Part shown: positions 34,140-44,107 of the stretch, piece after piece
Position numbering within the stretch: position 1 is the first letter of the stretch
Layout of the letters: the number at the start of each line of letters is the position of its first letter
Assembly (NCBI RefSeq): GCF_050920415.1
Contig: NZ_CP169309.1
Length of the DNA: 64,000 nt
From: Escherichia coli
Lineage (GTDB): Bacteria > Pseudomonadota > Gammaproteobacteria > Enterobacterales > Enterobacteriaceae
Strand: one strand, 5' to 3'
Position numbers and translations under genes: made by a program
Notes under the pieces: model-generated
Database searches by the model: none
What the model was told of the DNA's origin: nothing
The model's input: the letters and a program-made list of their open reading frames with translations, nothing else

Positions 34140-35567
34140 CTAGCGCGACTGCTGATTATATTCATCATCGCGTTGATAAGCTTCATCATTCGGCTGCTCC
34201 GGTACCGACCGCAGTCGATACTCTTCATCCTGGCTCACCGCTTGTTCAGCCAAATCCGGATTAATCTCGCGTTTAATTTCTACTCCTAAACCGCGAAACG
34301 CTTCTGCTTGCGCCAGCACATTTCCGCGACCTGAAGAGAGTTTTTTCATTGCCTGGCGATAGTTATCCTGCGCTTTGTCGAGACTTTGACCAATCGCGGA
34401 CATATCATCGACAAACAAGCGCATTTTGTCGTACAACTTGCTGGCACGATCGGCTATTTTCTGAGCGTTGCGGCTTTGATGCTCATAGCGCCAGAGGTTG
34501 GCGATAGTGCGCAGCGCCACCAGCAGCGTGGTCGGGCTAACCAGCATGATATTGTTTTTCAACGCTTCGGTGATCAGCTCCGGCTGGCGGTCAAGCGCCA
34601 GTAAAAATGCGGGCTCAACAGGGATAAACATCAGCACGTAATCCAGGGTTCGTAGCCCCGGCAGCTGTTGATAATCTTTACGTCCCAGCAAGCGGATGTG
34701 GTTACGCACCGACGCGATATGTTCCTGTAGCGAGCTTTCGCGGGTGTAGTCGTCTTCTGCGTTGAAATAGCGTTCATAGGCGACCAGCGTCATTTTGGCG
34801 TCGATCACCACATCTTTTCCGTGCGGCAACCGCACGATGACATCCGGCTGCATCCGCGAGCGGGCGTCATTTTCGATGCTGACCTGGGTTTCATATTCAT
34901 ACCCTTCACGCAGACCGGAAGCCTCCAGCACACGCGTCAATACTACCTCGCCCCAGTTGCCCTGGGTTTTATTGTCGCCTTTCAGCGCACGCGTCAGGTT
35001 GATCGCTTCCTGGGCCATTTGCGCGTTGAGCTGCTGGAGATTGCGTATTTCGTGAGTCAGGGTATGGCGTTCTTGTGCTTCTTTACCGAAACTGTCCTGA
35101 ACCTGACGACGAAAATCGTCCAGTTGTTCACGTAGTGGCGACAACAGGCTGTTCAGACTCTGACGGTTTTGCTCATCAACCCGGCGATTGCTGTGCTCGA
35201 AAATACGGTTGGCGAGGTTTTCAAACTGCTCACTGAGGCGCTGTTCGCTGTTGATCATTTGGCGAATTTTATCGTCAGCATGTTGCTGTACAGCCTCCAT
35301 TCGCGTGGTGACTTCACGCAGATCCGCCTCCAGCGAGGTGTTAATGCTTTGCAGACTGCGCACTTCATTATTGAGTAACTCGCACTCAGCACGCCAATGT
35401 TCGCTTTGGGTAATTTGTTGTTTTGCCGCACTTAACTCCGCGACCATCTCTTCACGTTCAGCGAATTGCTCGGCTTTTTGCTGCGCATGCTGATAACTGG
35501 CAATCAGCCAGCCAATCGCCACGCTCACCAACGCAATAACTGCGTAAACCATGATTGAGATATCCAC
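34140..35567 (-). CDS. rmuC: DNA recombination protein RmuC (GTG start giving 475 aa; track ORF extends further upstream)
   Basis: N-terminal TM helix, long coiled-coil region and RmuC C-domain. Confidence 0.85.
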   Translation of the reverse strand: MDISIMVYAVIALVSVAIGWLIASYQHAQQKAEQFAEREEMVAELSAAKQQITQSEHWRAECELLNNEVRSLQSINTSLEADLREVTTRMEAVQQHADDKIRQMINSEQRLSEQFENLANRIFEHSNRRVDEQNRQSLNSLLSPLREQLDDFRRQVQDSFGKEAQERHTLTHEIRNLQQLNAQMAQEAINLTRALKGDNKTQGNWGEVVLTRVLEASGLREGYEYETQVSIENDARSRMQPDVIVRLPHGKDVVIDAKMTLVAYERYFNAEDDYTRESSLQEHIASVRNHIRLLGRKDYQQLPGLRTLDYVLMFIPVEPAFLLALDRQPELITEALKNNIMLVSPTTLLVALRTIANLWRYEHQSRNAQKIADRASKLYDKMRLFVDDMSAIGQSLDKAQDNYRQAMKKLSSGRGNVLAQAEAFRGLGVEIKREINPDLAEQAVSQDEEYRLRSVPEQPNDEAYQRDDEYNQQSR

Positions 35568-35782
35568 AACGCCTCCAGCCTCATTACTTACCCGCACAAA
35601 ATAGAATTGTGCTGTACAAACGTCCAGTTTGAAAGAAGTTTCCTGCGAGGCGCTACGCAAAACGATCCTTAATTTTTATTATTTTATCCCACAATATGAG
35701 ACGTAGTTTATATTGTGGGATATATCACCTTTTCCCCACGTCATTATGTGGAACACTTCAGCAATATCATCAGGAGAAACGT

Positions 35783-36550
35783 ATGGCAGATACCTCTTCA
35801 ACCACCGCTGGCGCACAAACGTTATTACGCGGGCTGGCGGTTCTTAATGCTGTTTATAACGGCTGCCATGACCTGAAAAGTATCGGCGAGTTCACCGGCA
35901 CGACCCGGAGCACAACCCATCGTTTAGTCACCGTTCTGGTGGAACAACGCTACCTGCGCCACGTCCCAACGCAGGGCTACCAACTGGGCGCCAAACTGAT
36001 CGAATTCGGTGCCAGAGCGCTGGAAAGCACCTCGCTGTACGAAGTTGCGCTGCCCGTTTTGCAACGCCTTGCCCGTTACACCCTGGACACCGTGCATCTG
36101 GGGATCGTTGAAGGCGACGAAGTGCTGTATCTGGAGAAGATCAACAGCCAGCGCGGGCTGGAAATGCGCTCACGCCCAGGCCATCGCATGCCACTGGCAA
36201 TCACCGGCATCGGCAAGGCATTGATCCTCAACCGAACAGAAGAAGAGTGGCGCACGCTGTTTAAGACCTGTGGTGATGAAACAAAACTGGGCGCATTTAT
36301 TCAGAACATGCGTCGTTATGCCGCCAGTGGTTTTGCTTTTGATCTGGAAGAGAACGAGCCGACTATCCGTTGCGTTGCAGCGCCGGTTTACAACGCCCGG
36401 GATGAAATTGTGGCGGCTATTTCTGTCGCCAGTACCACTACGTATATGTCACTGGCGCGTCTGGAAGAACTGGCACCTTACGTCAAATCCTGTGCAGAAG
36501 AGATATCCGCTGAACTGGGCTGGGGTAAGCACGTTCACAAAAATAAATAA
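35783..36550 (+). CDS. IclR-family transcriptional regulator (start at MADTSS after an AGGAG RBS)
   Basis: N-terminal HTH (LLRGLAVLNAV...) followed by an IclR-type effector domain; first gene of an accessory cluster. Confidence 0.7.
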   Translation: MADTSSTTAGAQTLLRGLAVLNAVYNGCHDLKSIGEFTGTTRSTTHRLVTVLVEQRYLRHVPTQGYQLGAKLIEFGARALESTSLYEVALPVLQRLARYTLDTVHLGIVEGDEVLYLEKINSQRGLEMRSRPGHRMPLAITGIGKALILNRTEEEWRTLFKTCGDETKLGAFIQNMRRYAASGFAFDLEENEPTIRCVAAPVYNARDEIVAAISVASTTTYMSLARLEELAPYVKSCAEEISAELGWGKHVHKNK

Positions 36551-36573
36551 ACCATGACTAAAGGAAACGGCTA

Positions 36574-37578
36574 ATGTCGGGAAACACCTCATTTATTGCC
36601 CTGGACTGGGGAACGTCATCGCTTCGGGCATGGCGTTTTGGCGACTCACCCAATCCACAAGAAAAACGTGAATTCCCGTGGGGGATCATGAAATTACCCT
36701 CCCAGGCAGCAACACGTGAGGACGCTTTCCACGATACGTTTTTACGTGTCTGCGGCGACTGGCTGGCACAATCCCCATGCCCGATTCTGGCTTGCGGCAT
36801 GATCGGCAGTGCGCAAGGGTGGCAACCCGCAGCTTATTTACCTTGCCCGGTCACTCTCGAGGGTCTGGCAAAGCAGTTGACGCCTGTTATCTACCAGCAG
36901 CAGACAATGCTGCACATCATTCCCGGCGTGATTAAAGAAGGTGAAATGCCCGAAGTGATGCGTGGCGAAGAGACACAAATCTTCGGTGCTATCTCGATGG
37001 AACCGGCCCTGCAAAACGCGCTCCGCCAGGGTATGCCTGTGCTGATTGGCTTACCTGGCACACATGCGAAATGGGCGGTAGTTGAAAACAACACCATTAC
37101 CGATTTTCGAACCTTTATGACAGGCGAGTTATTTGATGTTTTATCCCGCCATTCGATTCTCGGTGCCACCATGCGTTCGGGAGATGAACCGCACTGGGAT
37201 GCCTTCGCCCACGGGCTGACAGCGGCACAAGAGCATCATCAGACCGGATTATTATCGACGCTGTTTTCGACCCGTTCGCGCCTGCTGACCAGTAATCTTA
37301 CGCCGTCCTCACAGGGGGATTACCTTTCAGGATTACTGATAGGCCATGAATTATGCGGTCTGGCATCCAGTTTGCTACGTGATTTACCCGCCACAACACC
37401 GATCGCCTTAATCGGTAGCGCCACTCTGAACAGCCGCTATTCACAAGCATTCAGCCACGTTTTTCCCGACAGACAGCTACACGCCATTCCTAATGCCACT
37501 GAACAGGGGTTATGGCGAATCGCCCACGCTGCCGGGCTACTCTCCACCAACGCCAGGGAATGTACTCATGCCATTTAA
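36574..37578 (+). CDS. 2-dehydro-3-deoxygalactonokinase-like sugar-acid kinase (DgoK family)
   Basis: Motifs IALDWGTSSLRAW, VMRGEETQIFGA, PGTHAKW, DFRTFMTGELF and LSGLLIG parallel E. coli DgoK. Confidence 0.7.
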   Translation: MSGNTSFIALDWGTSSLRAWRFGDSPNPQEKREFPWGIMKLPSQAATREDAFHDTFLRVCGDWLAQSPCPILACGMIGSAQGWQPAAYLPCPVTLEGLAKQLTPVIYQQQTMLHIIPGVIKEGEMPEVMRGEETQIFGAISMEPALQNALRQGMPVLIGLPGTHAKWAVVENNTITDFRTFMTGELFDVLSRHSILGATMRSGDEPHWDAFAHGLTAAQEHHQTGLLSTLFSTRSRLLTSNLTPSSQGDYLSGLLIGHELCGLASSLLRDLPATTPIALIGSATLNSRYSQAFSHVFPDRQLHAIPNATEQGLWRIAHAAGLLSTNARECTHAI

Positions 37579-38197
37579 TACGCTTTTGCAAAAAACCGGG
37601 TTAGTCGCCATTTTACGCGGCGTGAAACCGGATGAGATTGTCGCCATCGGTGAAAAGCTGTATGCCTCTGGATTTCGCCTGATTGAGATTCCCATGAACT
37701 CGCCGGAGCCGTTGCAAAGTATCAGTTTACTGCGCGACGCCCTGCCTAAGGACTGCCTGGTCGGAGCCGGAACTGTGCTTTCGGTGGAGCACGTCGTCGC
37801 GGTTAAAGAGGCTGGAGGCCAGATTATCGTGATGCCGCATTGCGATACTGCGGTGATCCGTCGTGCCCGTGCGCTGGGTATGTATTGTGCGCCTGGCGTC
37901 GCTACGCCCACCGAAGCTTTTGCTGCCATTGAGCATGGTGCTAATGCCATCAAGCTGTTCCCGGCTGAACAAATTACGCCTGAAGTCACCAAAGCCTGGC
38001 GTGCGGTTATTCCACAATCCGTTCCGATGTTACCGGTTGGCGGTATCACTCCGGAAACCATGGCGCGTTATCTGAGCCACGGTGCAAACGGCTTTGGTCT
38101 CGGTTCTGCGCTTTATCGCCCTGGCATGACGCCAGAGCAGGTCTATAAAAATGCAGTACTGTTTATGAACGCATGGACCAATTTAAACAACAACTAA
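37568..38197 (+). CDS. 2-dehydro-3-deoxy-6-phosphogalactonate aldolase-like (DgoA/Eda family; start at MPFNTLLQ)
   Basis: AILRGVKPDEIV..IEIPMNSPEP motifs of KDPGal/KDPG aldolases; ATG overlaps the kinase stop. Confidence 0.7.
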   Translation: MPFNTLLQKTGLVAILRGVKPDEIVAIGEKLYASGFRLIEIPMNSPEPLQSISLLRDALPKDCLVGAGTVLSVEHVVAVKEAGGQIIVMPHCDTAVIRRARALGMYCAPGVATPTEAFAAIEHGANAIKLFPAEQITPEVTKAWRAVIPQSVPMLPVGGITPETMARYLSHGANGFGLGSALYRPGMTPEQVYKNAVLFMNAWTNLNNN

Positions 38198-38221
38198 CTG
38201 ATAAATAAGGATATAAAAACA

Positions 38222-39196
38222 ATGATAAAACATCTTACCTTACCGAAAAAAATGGCTGCAATGGTACTCCTTGCCGGCGCTTCCCTCAGCACTGCGCCTG
38301 TGCAGGCGGCCTCCTACCCAACCAAACAGATCGAGTTAGTCGTACCCTACGCGGCCGGAGGCGGTACGGATCTGGTTGCCCGTGCCTTTGCTGATGCCGC
38401 CAAAAACCATTTGCCCGTCAGCATCGGGGTTATCAATAAACCTGGCGGTGGCGGCGCTATCGGCCTGAGTGAAATCGCCGCTGCCCGCCCTAACGGTTAC
38501 AAAATGGGTTTAGGCACGGTTGAACTGACCACCCTTCCCAGCCTCGGAATGGTGCGTTTTAAAACCAGCGACTTTAAACCCATTGCCCGTCTGAACGCGG
38601 ATCCGGCTGCTATCACCGTCCGTTCTGATGCGCCGTGGAATAGCTATGAAGAATTTATGACTTACGCCAAAGCGAATCCCGGAAAAGTACGCATTGGTAA
38701 CTCAGGCACCGGAGCAATCTGGCATCTGGCGGCAGCTGCACTGGAAGACAAAACGGGCGTGAAGTTTTCTCATGTCCCATATGACGGCGCAGCCCCTGCC
38801 ATTACAGGCCTGTTAGGCGGGCATATTGAAGCGGTTTCCGTAAGCCCAGGTGAAGTTATCAATCATGTGAAAGGCGGCAAGCTGAAGACACTGGTAGTGA
38901 TGGCGGATGAACATATGAAAACCATGCCTGACGTACCGACGTTAAAAGAGAAAGGCGTTGATCTCTCCATCGGCACCTGGCGCGGTCTGATCGTGTCGCA
39001 AAAAACGCCGCAGGATGTGGTTGATGTTCTGGCTAAGGCCGCAAAAGAGACGGCTGAAGAGCCTGCATTCCAGGATGCTCTGCAAAAGTTGAATCTCAAC
39101 TATGCATGGCTTGATGGTGCCAGCTTCCAGACCCAAATCAACGAACAGGAAAAGTACTTTGACGAGTTACTAACTCGGCTGGGCTTGAAAAAATAA
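38222..39196 (+). CDS. tctC: Tripartite tricarboxylate transporter substrate-binding protein (TctC/Bug family)
   Basis: 324 aa with signal peptide; Bug-family periplasmic binding protein features. Confidence 0.7.
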   Translation: MIKHLTLPKKMAAMVLLAGASLSTAPVQAASYPTKQIELVVPYAAGGGTDLVARAFADAAKNHLPVSIGVINKPGGGGAIGLSEIAAARPNGYKMGLGTVELTTLPSLGMVRFKTSDFKPIARLNADPAAITVRSDAPWNSYEEFMTYAKANPGKVRIGNSGTGAIWHLAAAALEDKTGVKFSHVPYDGAAPAITGLLGGHIEAVSVSPGEVINHVKGGKLKTLVVMADEHMKTMPDVPTLKEKGVDLSIGTWRGLIVSQKTPQDVVDVLAKAAKETAEEPAFQDALQKLNLNYAWLDGASFQTQINEQEKYFDELLTRLGLKK

Positions 39197-39212
39197 TCCC
39201 GAGGTACGGTCG

Positions 39213-39719
39213 ATGAACACAAAACAGTCTGTTGCTCAACTCGCCGTACCGCACCGCAAGCGCCTTTCATCCACTGTGGTGGTGGCGCTGTTACTTTGTG
39301 TGGTTGCTGGCGCGGTGATAATTAATGCCGCTGATTTTCCAGCAACTGCCATTGAAACGGATCCCGGTGCAAGTGCCTTCCCTACTTTCTATGCCTGCGC
39401 TCTGATTGTGCTCGCTGTCTTACTGGTGATACGCGATCTTTTGCTGGCAAAACCAGTCCCTTGCGCCAACGCACAGGAAAAACCGGCATTAAGGAAAACG
39501 GCAACAGGAATTGCGGCAACCGCGTTTTATATTGTGGCGATGAGCTACTGCGGTTATCTCATTACTACTCCTGTTTTCCTCATCGTCATTATGACGTTGA
39601 TGGGCTACAGGCGATGGGTACTCACACCGGGTATTGCGCTGCTGTTAACGGCAATCCTCTGGTTGCTGTTTGTCGAAGCGTTACAGGTGCCATTGCCTGT
39701 CGGCACATTTTTCGAATAA
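39213..39719 (+). CDS. tctB: Tripartite tricarboxylate transporter small membrane subunit (TctB-like)
   Basis: 168 aa, four predicted TM helices, located between tctC and tctA. Confidence 0.55.
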   Translation: MNTKQSVAQLAVPHRKRLSSTVVVALLLCVVAGAVIINAADFPATAIETDPGASAFPTFYACALIVLAVLLVIRDLLLAKPVPCANAQEKPALRKTATGIAATAFYIVAMSYCGYLITTPVFLIVIMTLMGYRRWVLTPGIALLLTAILWLLFVEALQVPLPVGTFFE

Positions 39720-39731
39720 CAGGGGCCTGCA

Positions 39732-41222
39732 ATGTTTGAAAGTGAACTTTTAACTCAGGGGTTTTCGACATTACTCAGTAATCCTCAGGCGCTGCTGTTT
39801 GCCACGTTTGGAGTGATGCTGGGTATTATGATTGGCGCTCTGCCTGGCCTGACAGCGACCATGGGTGTGGCGATTTTGCTGCCTTTCACCTACGGCATGG
39901 AGCCTGTTTCTGGCTTATTGATGATTTGCGGTGTCTTTTTTGGTGGTGTGTATGGTGGTTCTATCACCGCAATTTTGCTCAAAATTCCCGGTACACCTGC
40001 CGCCGCTGCCACCGCCATTGACGGATATGAGCTGACGAAGCAGGGAAAAGCCGGGCTGGCGTTAAGTGCCGCCACGTTCTCTTCTTTTAGCGGTGGAACG
40101 CTCAGCATTATCGTATTGATGTTTCTCTCTCCGGTACTTGCCAGTTGGGCGTTGAAATTTAGTGCCTCGGAGTCCTTCGCCCTGGCAACCTTCGGGCTAA
40201 GTATTATTGCCAGTATTTCCGGTGAGTCACTGATTAAAGGGCTGATTGCCGGGGTTGGCGGATTGCTGATCGCAACGATAGGCCTTGATCCAATGGGCGG
40301 TTTTCCACGCTTTACAGGTGGATTTGTGGAGCTGATGAATGTGCCATTTATCCCGGTGATGATTGGTCTGTTTGCTGCTTCAGAAGCATTCCGCTCTATG
40401 GAGCAAAACCAGCAAATTCGTCAGGGGGCGAAGGTGGCTATCGGCAGTCTGTTACTGCCCTGGCAAACACTACGCCGCATCGCATTAACCATTTTGCGCT
40501 CATCAGGATTAGGGGTTTTTATCGGCATGATCCCCGGTGCGGGGGCAGATATTGCAGCTTTTGTTGCCTATAACGAAACTCGTCGTTTCAGTAAGACGCC
40601 TGAAAACTTTGGTAAGGGTGAGATTAAGGCGGTGGCCTCCTGTGAGGCAGGCGCGAATGGCTGCACCGGTGGCGCATTGTTACCTATGCTGACGTTGGGG
40701 ATCCCAGGCGATGCGGTAACTGCCATCATGCTGGGCGCGTTAACGTTACAAGGGATGCAGCCAGGCCCACTGATGTTTACCGACCACGGCGATATGGTTT
40801 ATACGCTGTTTGTCGGCATGATCTTTTGTTACTTCATGCTGCTAGTTCTTGGACTGCTCTCTTTGAAAGTCATCGGTAACGTGGTGAAGATCCCCGGCAA
40901 TATTCTCACGCCGATGATCCTCGCGCTTTGTGTTGTTGGGACTTATGCGCTGAACAACAGCCTGTTTGATGTTGGCATTATGCTGATTGCAGGCGTGGTG
41001 GGCTATTTCATGCAAAAAGGGGGGTATCCGGCGTCACCCGTAGTGCTGGCATTGATTATGGGGCCAATGGCGGAAAGTAATTTTCGCCGTGCGCTGTCGC
41101 TTTCAGGGGGGTCACTCGACTTCCTGTATACCCGACCGATAACCCTGGCATTGCTGACTCTGGCAGCCTTTACGCTACTGACGCCAATAATACGCAAAAT
41201 TATGCGCTTACGGCGTCAGTAA
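39732..41222 (+). CDS. tctA: Tripartite tricarboxylate transporter large permease (TctA family)
   Basis: 496 aa polytopic membrane protein with glycine-rich TctA-like repeats. Confidence 0.75.
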   Translation: MFESELLTQGFSTLLSNPQALLFATFGVMLGIMIGALPGLTATMGVAILLPFTYGMEPVSGLLMICGVFFGGVYGGSITAILLKIPGTPAAAATAIDGYELTKQGKAGLALSAATFSSFSGGTLSIIVLMFLSPVLASWALKFSASESFALATFGLSIIASISGESLIKGLIAGVGGLLIATIGLDPMGGFPRFTGGFVELMNVPFIPVMIGLFAASEAFRSMEQNQQIRQGAKVAIGSLLLPWQTLRRIALTILRSSGLGVFIGMIPGAGADIAAFVAYNETRRFSKTPENFGKGEIKAVASCEAGANGCTGGALLPMLTLGIPGDAVTAIMLGALTLQGMQPGPLMFTDHGDMVYTLFVGMIFCYFMLLVLGLLSLKVIGNVVKIPGNILTPMILALCVVGTYALNNSLFDVGIMLIAGVVGYFMQKGGYPASPVVLALIMGPMAESNFRRALSLSGGSLDFLYTRPITLALLTLAAFTLLTPIIRKIMRLRRQ

Positions 41223-41276
41223 TTGATATCGCTCCCCGACGTTGGGGAGTATGAGACTGATGACAAACGCTAAATT

Positions 41277-41376
41277 GCCTGATGCGCTGCGCTTATCAGG
41301 CCTACCACAGAAATGCAATATATTGAATTTGCATGCTTTTGTAGGCCGGATAAGGCGATCACGCCGCATCCGGCAT
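41277..41376. repeat. RIP-type BIME: two inverted REP units flanking an AT-rich putative IHF-site spacer
   Basis: gcctgatgcgctgcgcttatcaggcctac ... tgcaatatattgaatttgcatg ... taggccggataaggcgatcacgccgcatccggca. Confidence 0.65.
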
Positions 41377-41407
41377 GAACAAAGCACACGTTAACAACAA
41401 TCGGAAT

Positions 41408-41440
41408 GCTCCCCGACGTTGGGGAGCGTTTTTTTATTTC
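41408..41440 (+). terminator. Hairpin plus T-run overlapping the udp 3' end; second copy of a duplicated 19 bp palindrome
   Basis: gctccccgacgttggggag followed by cgtttttttatttc; the identical hairpin also occurs at 41231-41249 just after tctA. Confidence 0.5.
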
Positions 41441-42198
41441 AGCAGACGACGCGCCGCTTCCACCACGATTTTCACCGCATGGCTTTCGGTTTGTTTCATC
41501 GTCTCAGCATTCGGGATCTCTTGCTGGGTACGATTGACGATAACGCCCGCCACCATACCCGCACGCAGGCCCTGGCTTGCACACATGGTCAGCAGGGTTG
41601 CAGATTCCATTTCATAGTTCATTACGCCCATCGCCTGCCACTCTTCCATAGAACCTTTAAAGTGACGGACTACACGACCAGAGTAAGTATCGTAACGTTC
41701 CTGACCTGGGTAGAAGGTATCAGAAGAAGCCGTCACACCAACGTGAGTGGTGGCACCAATTGACTTCGCCGCTTCAACCAGCGCGGTCGTACATTCGAAA
41801 TCTGCGACAGCCGGGAACTCCAGCGGAGCGAAGTGCAGGCTCGCGCCATCCAGACGAACAGACGCCGTGGTCACCAGCACATCACCCACATTAATATGCG
41901 GCTGGATAGCGCCCGTTGTACCGATACGCAGGAAGGTGCGAATGCCCAGCTGTGCCAGCTCTTCAACCGCAATAGAGGTAGACGGGCCGCCGATACCGGT
42001 AGAGCAGACGATAACAGGTTTACCATCCAGCTCTGCACGCCAGGTGGTGAATTCGCGGTGAGATGCCAGCTTAACCGGCTTATCCATCAGCGCGGCGATC
42101 TTTTCCACACGATCCGGGTCGCCAGGGACGATGGCAAGCGTAGCCCCTTGTAAATCGTTTTTAGTGAGGCCGAGATGAAAAACATCATACTTGGACAT
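41434..42198 (-). CDS. udp: Uridine phosphorylase (start at [10 protein letters not shown])
   Basis: About 254 aa PNP/UDP phosphorylase closely matching E. coli Udp. Confidence 0.95.
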   Translation of the reverse strand: MSKYDVFHLGLTKNDLQGATLAIVPGDPDRVEKIAALMDKPVKLASHREFTTWRAELDGKPVIVCSTGIGGPSTSIAVEELAQLGIRTFLRIGTTGAIQPHINVGDVLVTTASVRLDGASLHFAPLEFPAVADFECTTALVEAAKSIGATTHVGVTASSDTFYPGQERYDTYSGRVVRHFKGSMEEWQAMGVMNYEMESATLLTMCASQGLRAGMVAGVIVNRTQQEIPNAETMKQTESHAVKIVVEAARRLLK

Positions 42199-42271
42199 AT
42201 ACAACTCCTCTGTGAATCGGTTTAGTCAGAAGAAGCAAAAAGACACTTTACCGAAGGGTTTGACATTTTTT

Positions 42272-42340
42272 CGTGACACTCATCACCTTGATGCAAATGC
42301 GTTGCATAAATTTACCCAGCAAAAGTGATGCGAATCACAT
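42272..42340 (-). promoter_or_regulatory. udp promoter region with two CRP-like dyads
   Basis: cgtgacactcatcac and agtgatgcgaatcacat resemble TGTGA-N6-TCACA; the udp promoter is known to be CRP/CytR controlled. Confidence 0.4.
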
Positions 42341-42459
42341 AAATCACTCTTCATTCTGCATGACTGCATAAAAGATGAGCCGATTCAGGCAATGTGATTT
42401 GTTGCATGCTGACTATAGTTAACATTGCGCAACATTTTTATAAGGGTACGGAGAATACC

Positions 42460-43272
42460 ATGGCAACAACACAACAATCTGGATTTGCACCTGCTGCATC
42501 ACCTCTCGCTTCGACCATCGTTCAGACCCCGGATGACGCGATTGTAGCAGGCATCACCTCTATCCCTTCACAAGGGGATAACATGCCTGCTTACCATGCC
42601 AGACCAAAGCAGAGCGATGGCCTACTACCAGTGGTCATTGTAGTGCAGGAAATTTTTGGCGTGCATGAACATATCCGCGATATTTGTCGCCGTCTGGCAC
42701 TGGAGGGGTATCTGGCTATCGCACCTGAACTTTACTTCCGCGAAGGCGATCCGAATGATTTTGCCGATATCCCTACGCTGCTTAGCGGTCTGGTAGCAAA
42801 AGTGCCTGACTCGCAAGTACTGGCCGATCTCGATCATGTCGCCAGTTGGGCGTCACGCAACGGCGGCGATGTTCATCGCTTAATGATCACCGGATTTTGC
42901 TGGGGTGGGCGCATCACCTGGCTGTATGCTGCGCATAACCCGCAACTGAAAGCGGCGGTGGCATGGTACGGCAAACTGACAGGCGATAAGTCGCTGAATT
43001 CACCGAAACAACCTGTTGATATCGCAACCGATCTTAACGCGCCGGTTCTCGGCTTGTATGGTGGTCAGGATAACAGCATTCCGCAGGAGAGCGTTGAAAC
43101 CATGCGCCAGGCGCTGCGGGCTGCTAATGCGAAAGCAGAGATTATCGTCTACCCGGATGCCGGGCATGCATTCAACGCCGATTATCGCCCGAGCTATCAT
43201 GCCGAATCTGCGAAAGATGGCTGGCAGCGAATGCTGGAGTGGTTTAAGCGGTATGGTGGGAAACGGAATTAG
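42460..43272 (+). CDS. dlhH: Dienelactone hydrolase-family protein (start at MATTQQSG)
   Basis: About 270 aa alpha/beta hydrolase with a GFCWGG nucleophile motif; position next to udp as for K-12 ysgA. Confidence 0.85.
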   Translation: MATTQQSGFAPAASPLASTIVQTPDDAIVAGITSIPSQGDNMPAYHARPKQSDGLLPVVIVVQEIFGVHEHIRDICRRLALEGYLAIAPELYFREGDPNDFADIPTLLSGLVAKVPDSQVLADLDHVASWASRNGGDVHRLMITGFCWGGRITWLYAAHNPQLKAAVAWYGKLTGDKSLNSPKQPVDIATDLNAPVLGLYGGQDNSIPQESVETMRQALRAANAKAEIIVYPDAGHAFNADYRPSYHAESAKDGWQRMLEWFKRYGGKRN

Positions 43273-43663
43273 TTTCCTCTTAGTCTATATTTGAGATGGT
43301 GAGTGAACGAATGCGTTTTGCTGCCATCTCTGTCCCCCAAAAAATAATCAGTATGAATTGATTGGAGAGCACGACTCCGCTATTTGACCTTAAGAAAGTC
43401 GGCAAGTCATAGTCATAAATGAGTCTCTTCACTGGCAGACACCTTAAAGATTTACCATCAACTCCCATTCTCAAACAAACATTAATTATTATCAACACAT
43501 TCACATTAATTATAAATTATCTCAGACCTTCCTGATAAAAAGATATTAAAGTGAAACATTTTGTTTTTCACATTTTAGTTCATCCCTATTAGGCGTAAAT
43601 AAAGGTAAAAAATAACAATACTATTTTTCTTTCACAAAAGAATTAACAAAAGGTTTTTCAAGG

Positions 43664-44062
43664 ATGAGTGATATTATTTACCTGACCATAACCGGAGAAC
43701 AACACGGATGTATTTCCTCTCGTTGTGGAACGAGCACATCAATAGGTAATCGCTGGCAGATTGGTCATGAAGATGAAATCTTCGCGTTCTCGCTCTCTAA
43801 TAGTATTACGAATACAGGAAAAGGGTCACATTTGCATGGCCTTAGTTTCTGTAAGTTGATTGACAAAAGCTCCCCGTTACTTATTAACGCTATTAACAAT
43901 AACGAGCAGTTGTTCATGGAGTTTGACTTCTATCGGATCAATAGATTTGGTCGATGGGAGAAATATTACAACATTCAACTCCGCGGCGCGCTCTTATCAG
44001 CAATCAATCACCTGTTTACGGAGAACAATCTGGATACAGAAACCATCACTGTCAGTTATTAA
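43664..44062 (+). CDS. Hcp-like type VI secretion tube protein domain (132 aa, shorter than typical Hcp)
   Basis: IYLTITGEQHGCISSRCGTSTSIGNRWQIGHEDEIFAF, IDKSSPLLINAI, FYRINRFG and ETITVSY follow the Hcp1-family pattern; RBS before the ATG; AT-rich context. Confidence 0.6.
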   Translation: MSDIIYLTITGEQHGCISSRCGTSTSIGNRWQIGHEDEIFAFSLSNSITNTGKGSHLHGLSFCKLIDKSSPLLINAINNNEQLFMEFDFYRINRFGRWEKYYNIQLRGALLSAINHLFTENNLDTETITVSY

Positions 44063-44107
44063 TATATACTCTCCAGGCATCTGATTGCTAATACTGAATT
44101 TAGTTAT

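Noticed and set aside
43280-43504. 74 aa minus-strand ORF upstream of the Hcp-like gene
   Set aside because: Lies in the AT-rich leader with no RBS and low-complexity translation; more likely promoter/regulatory DNA.
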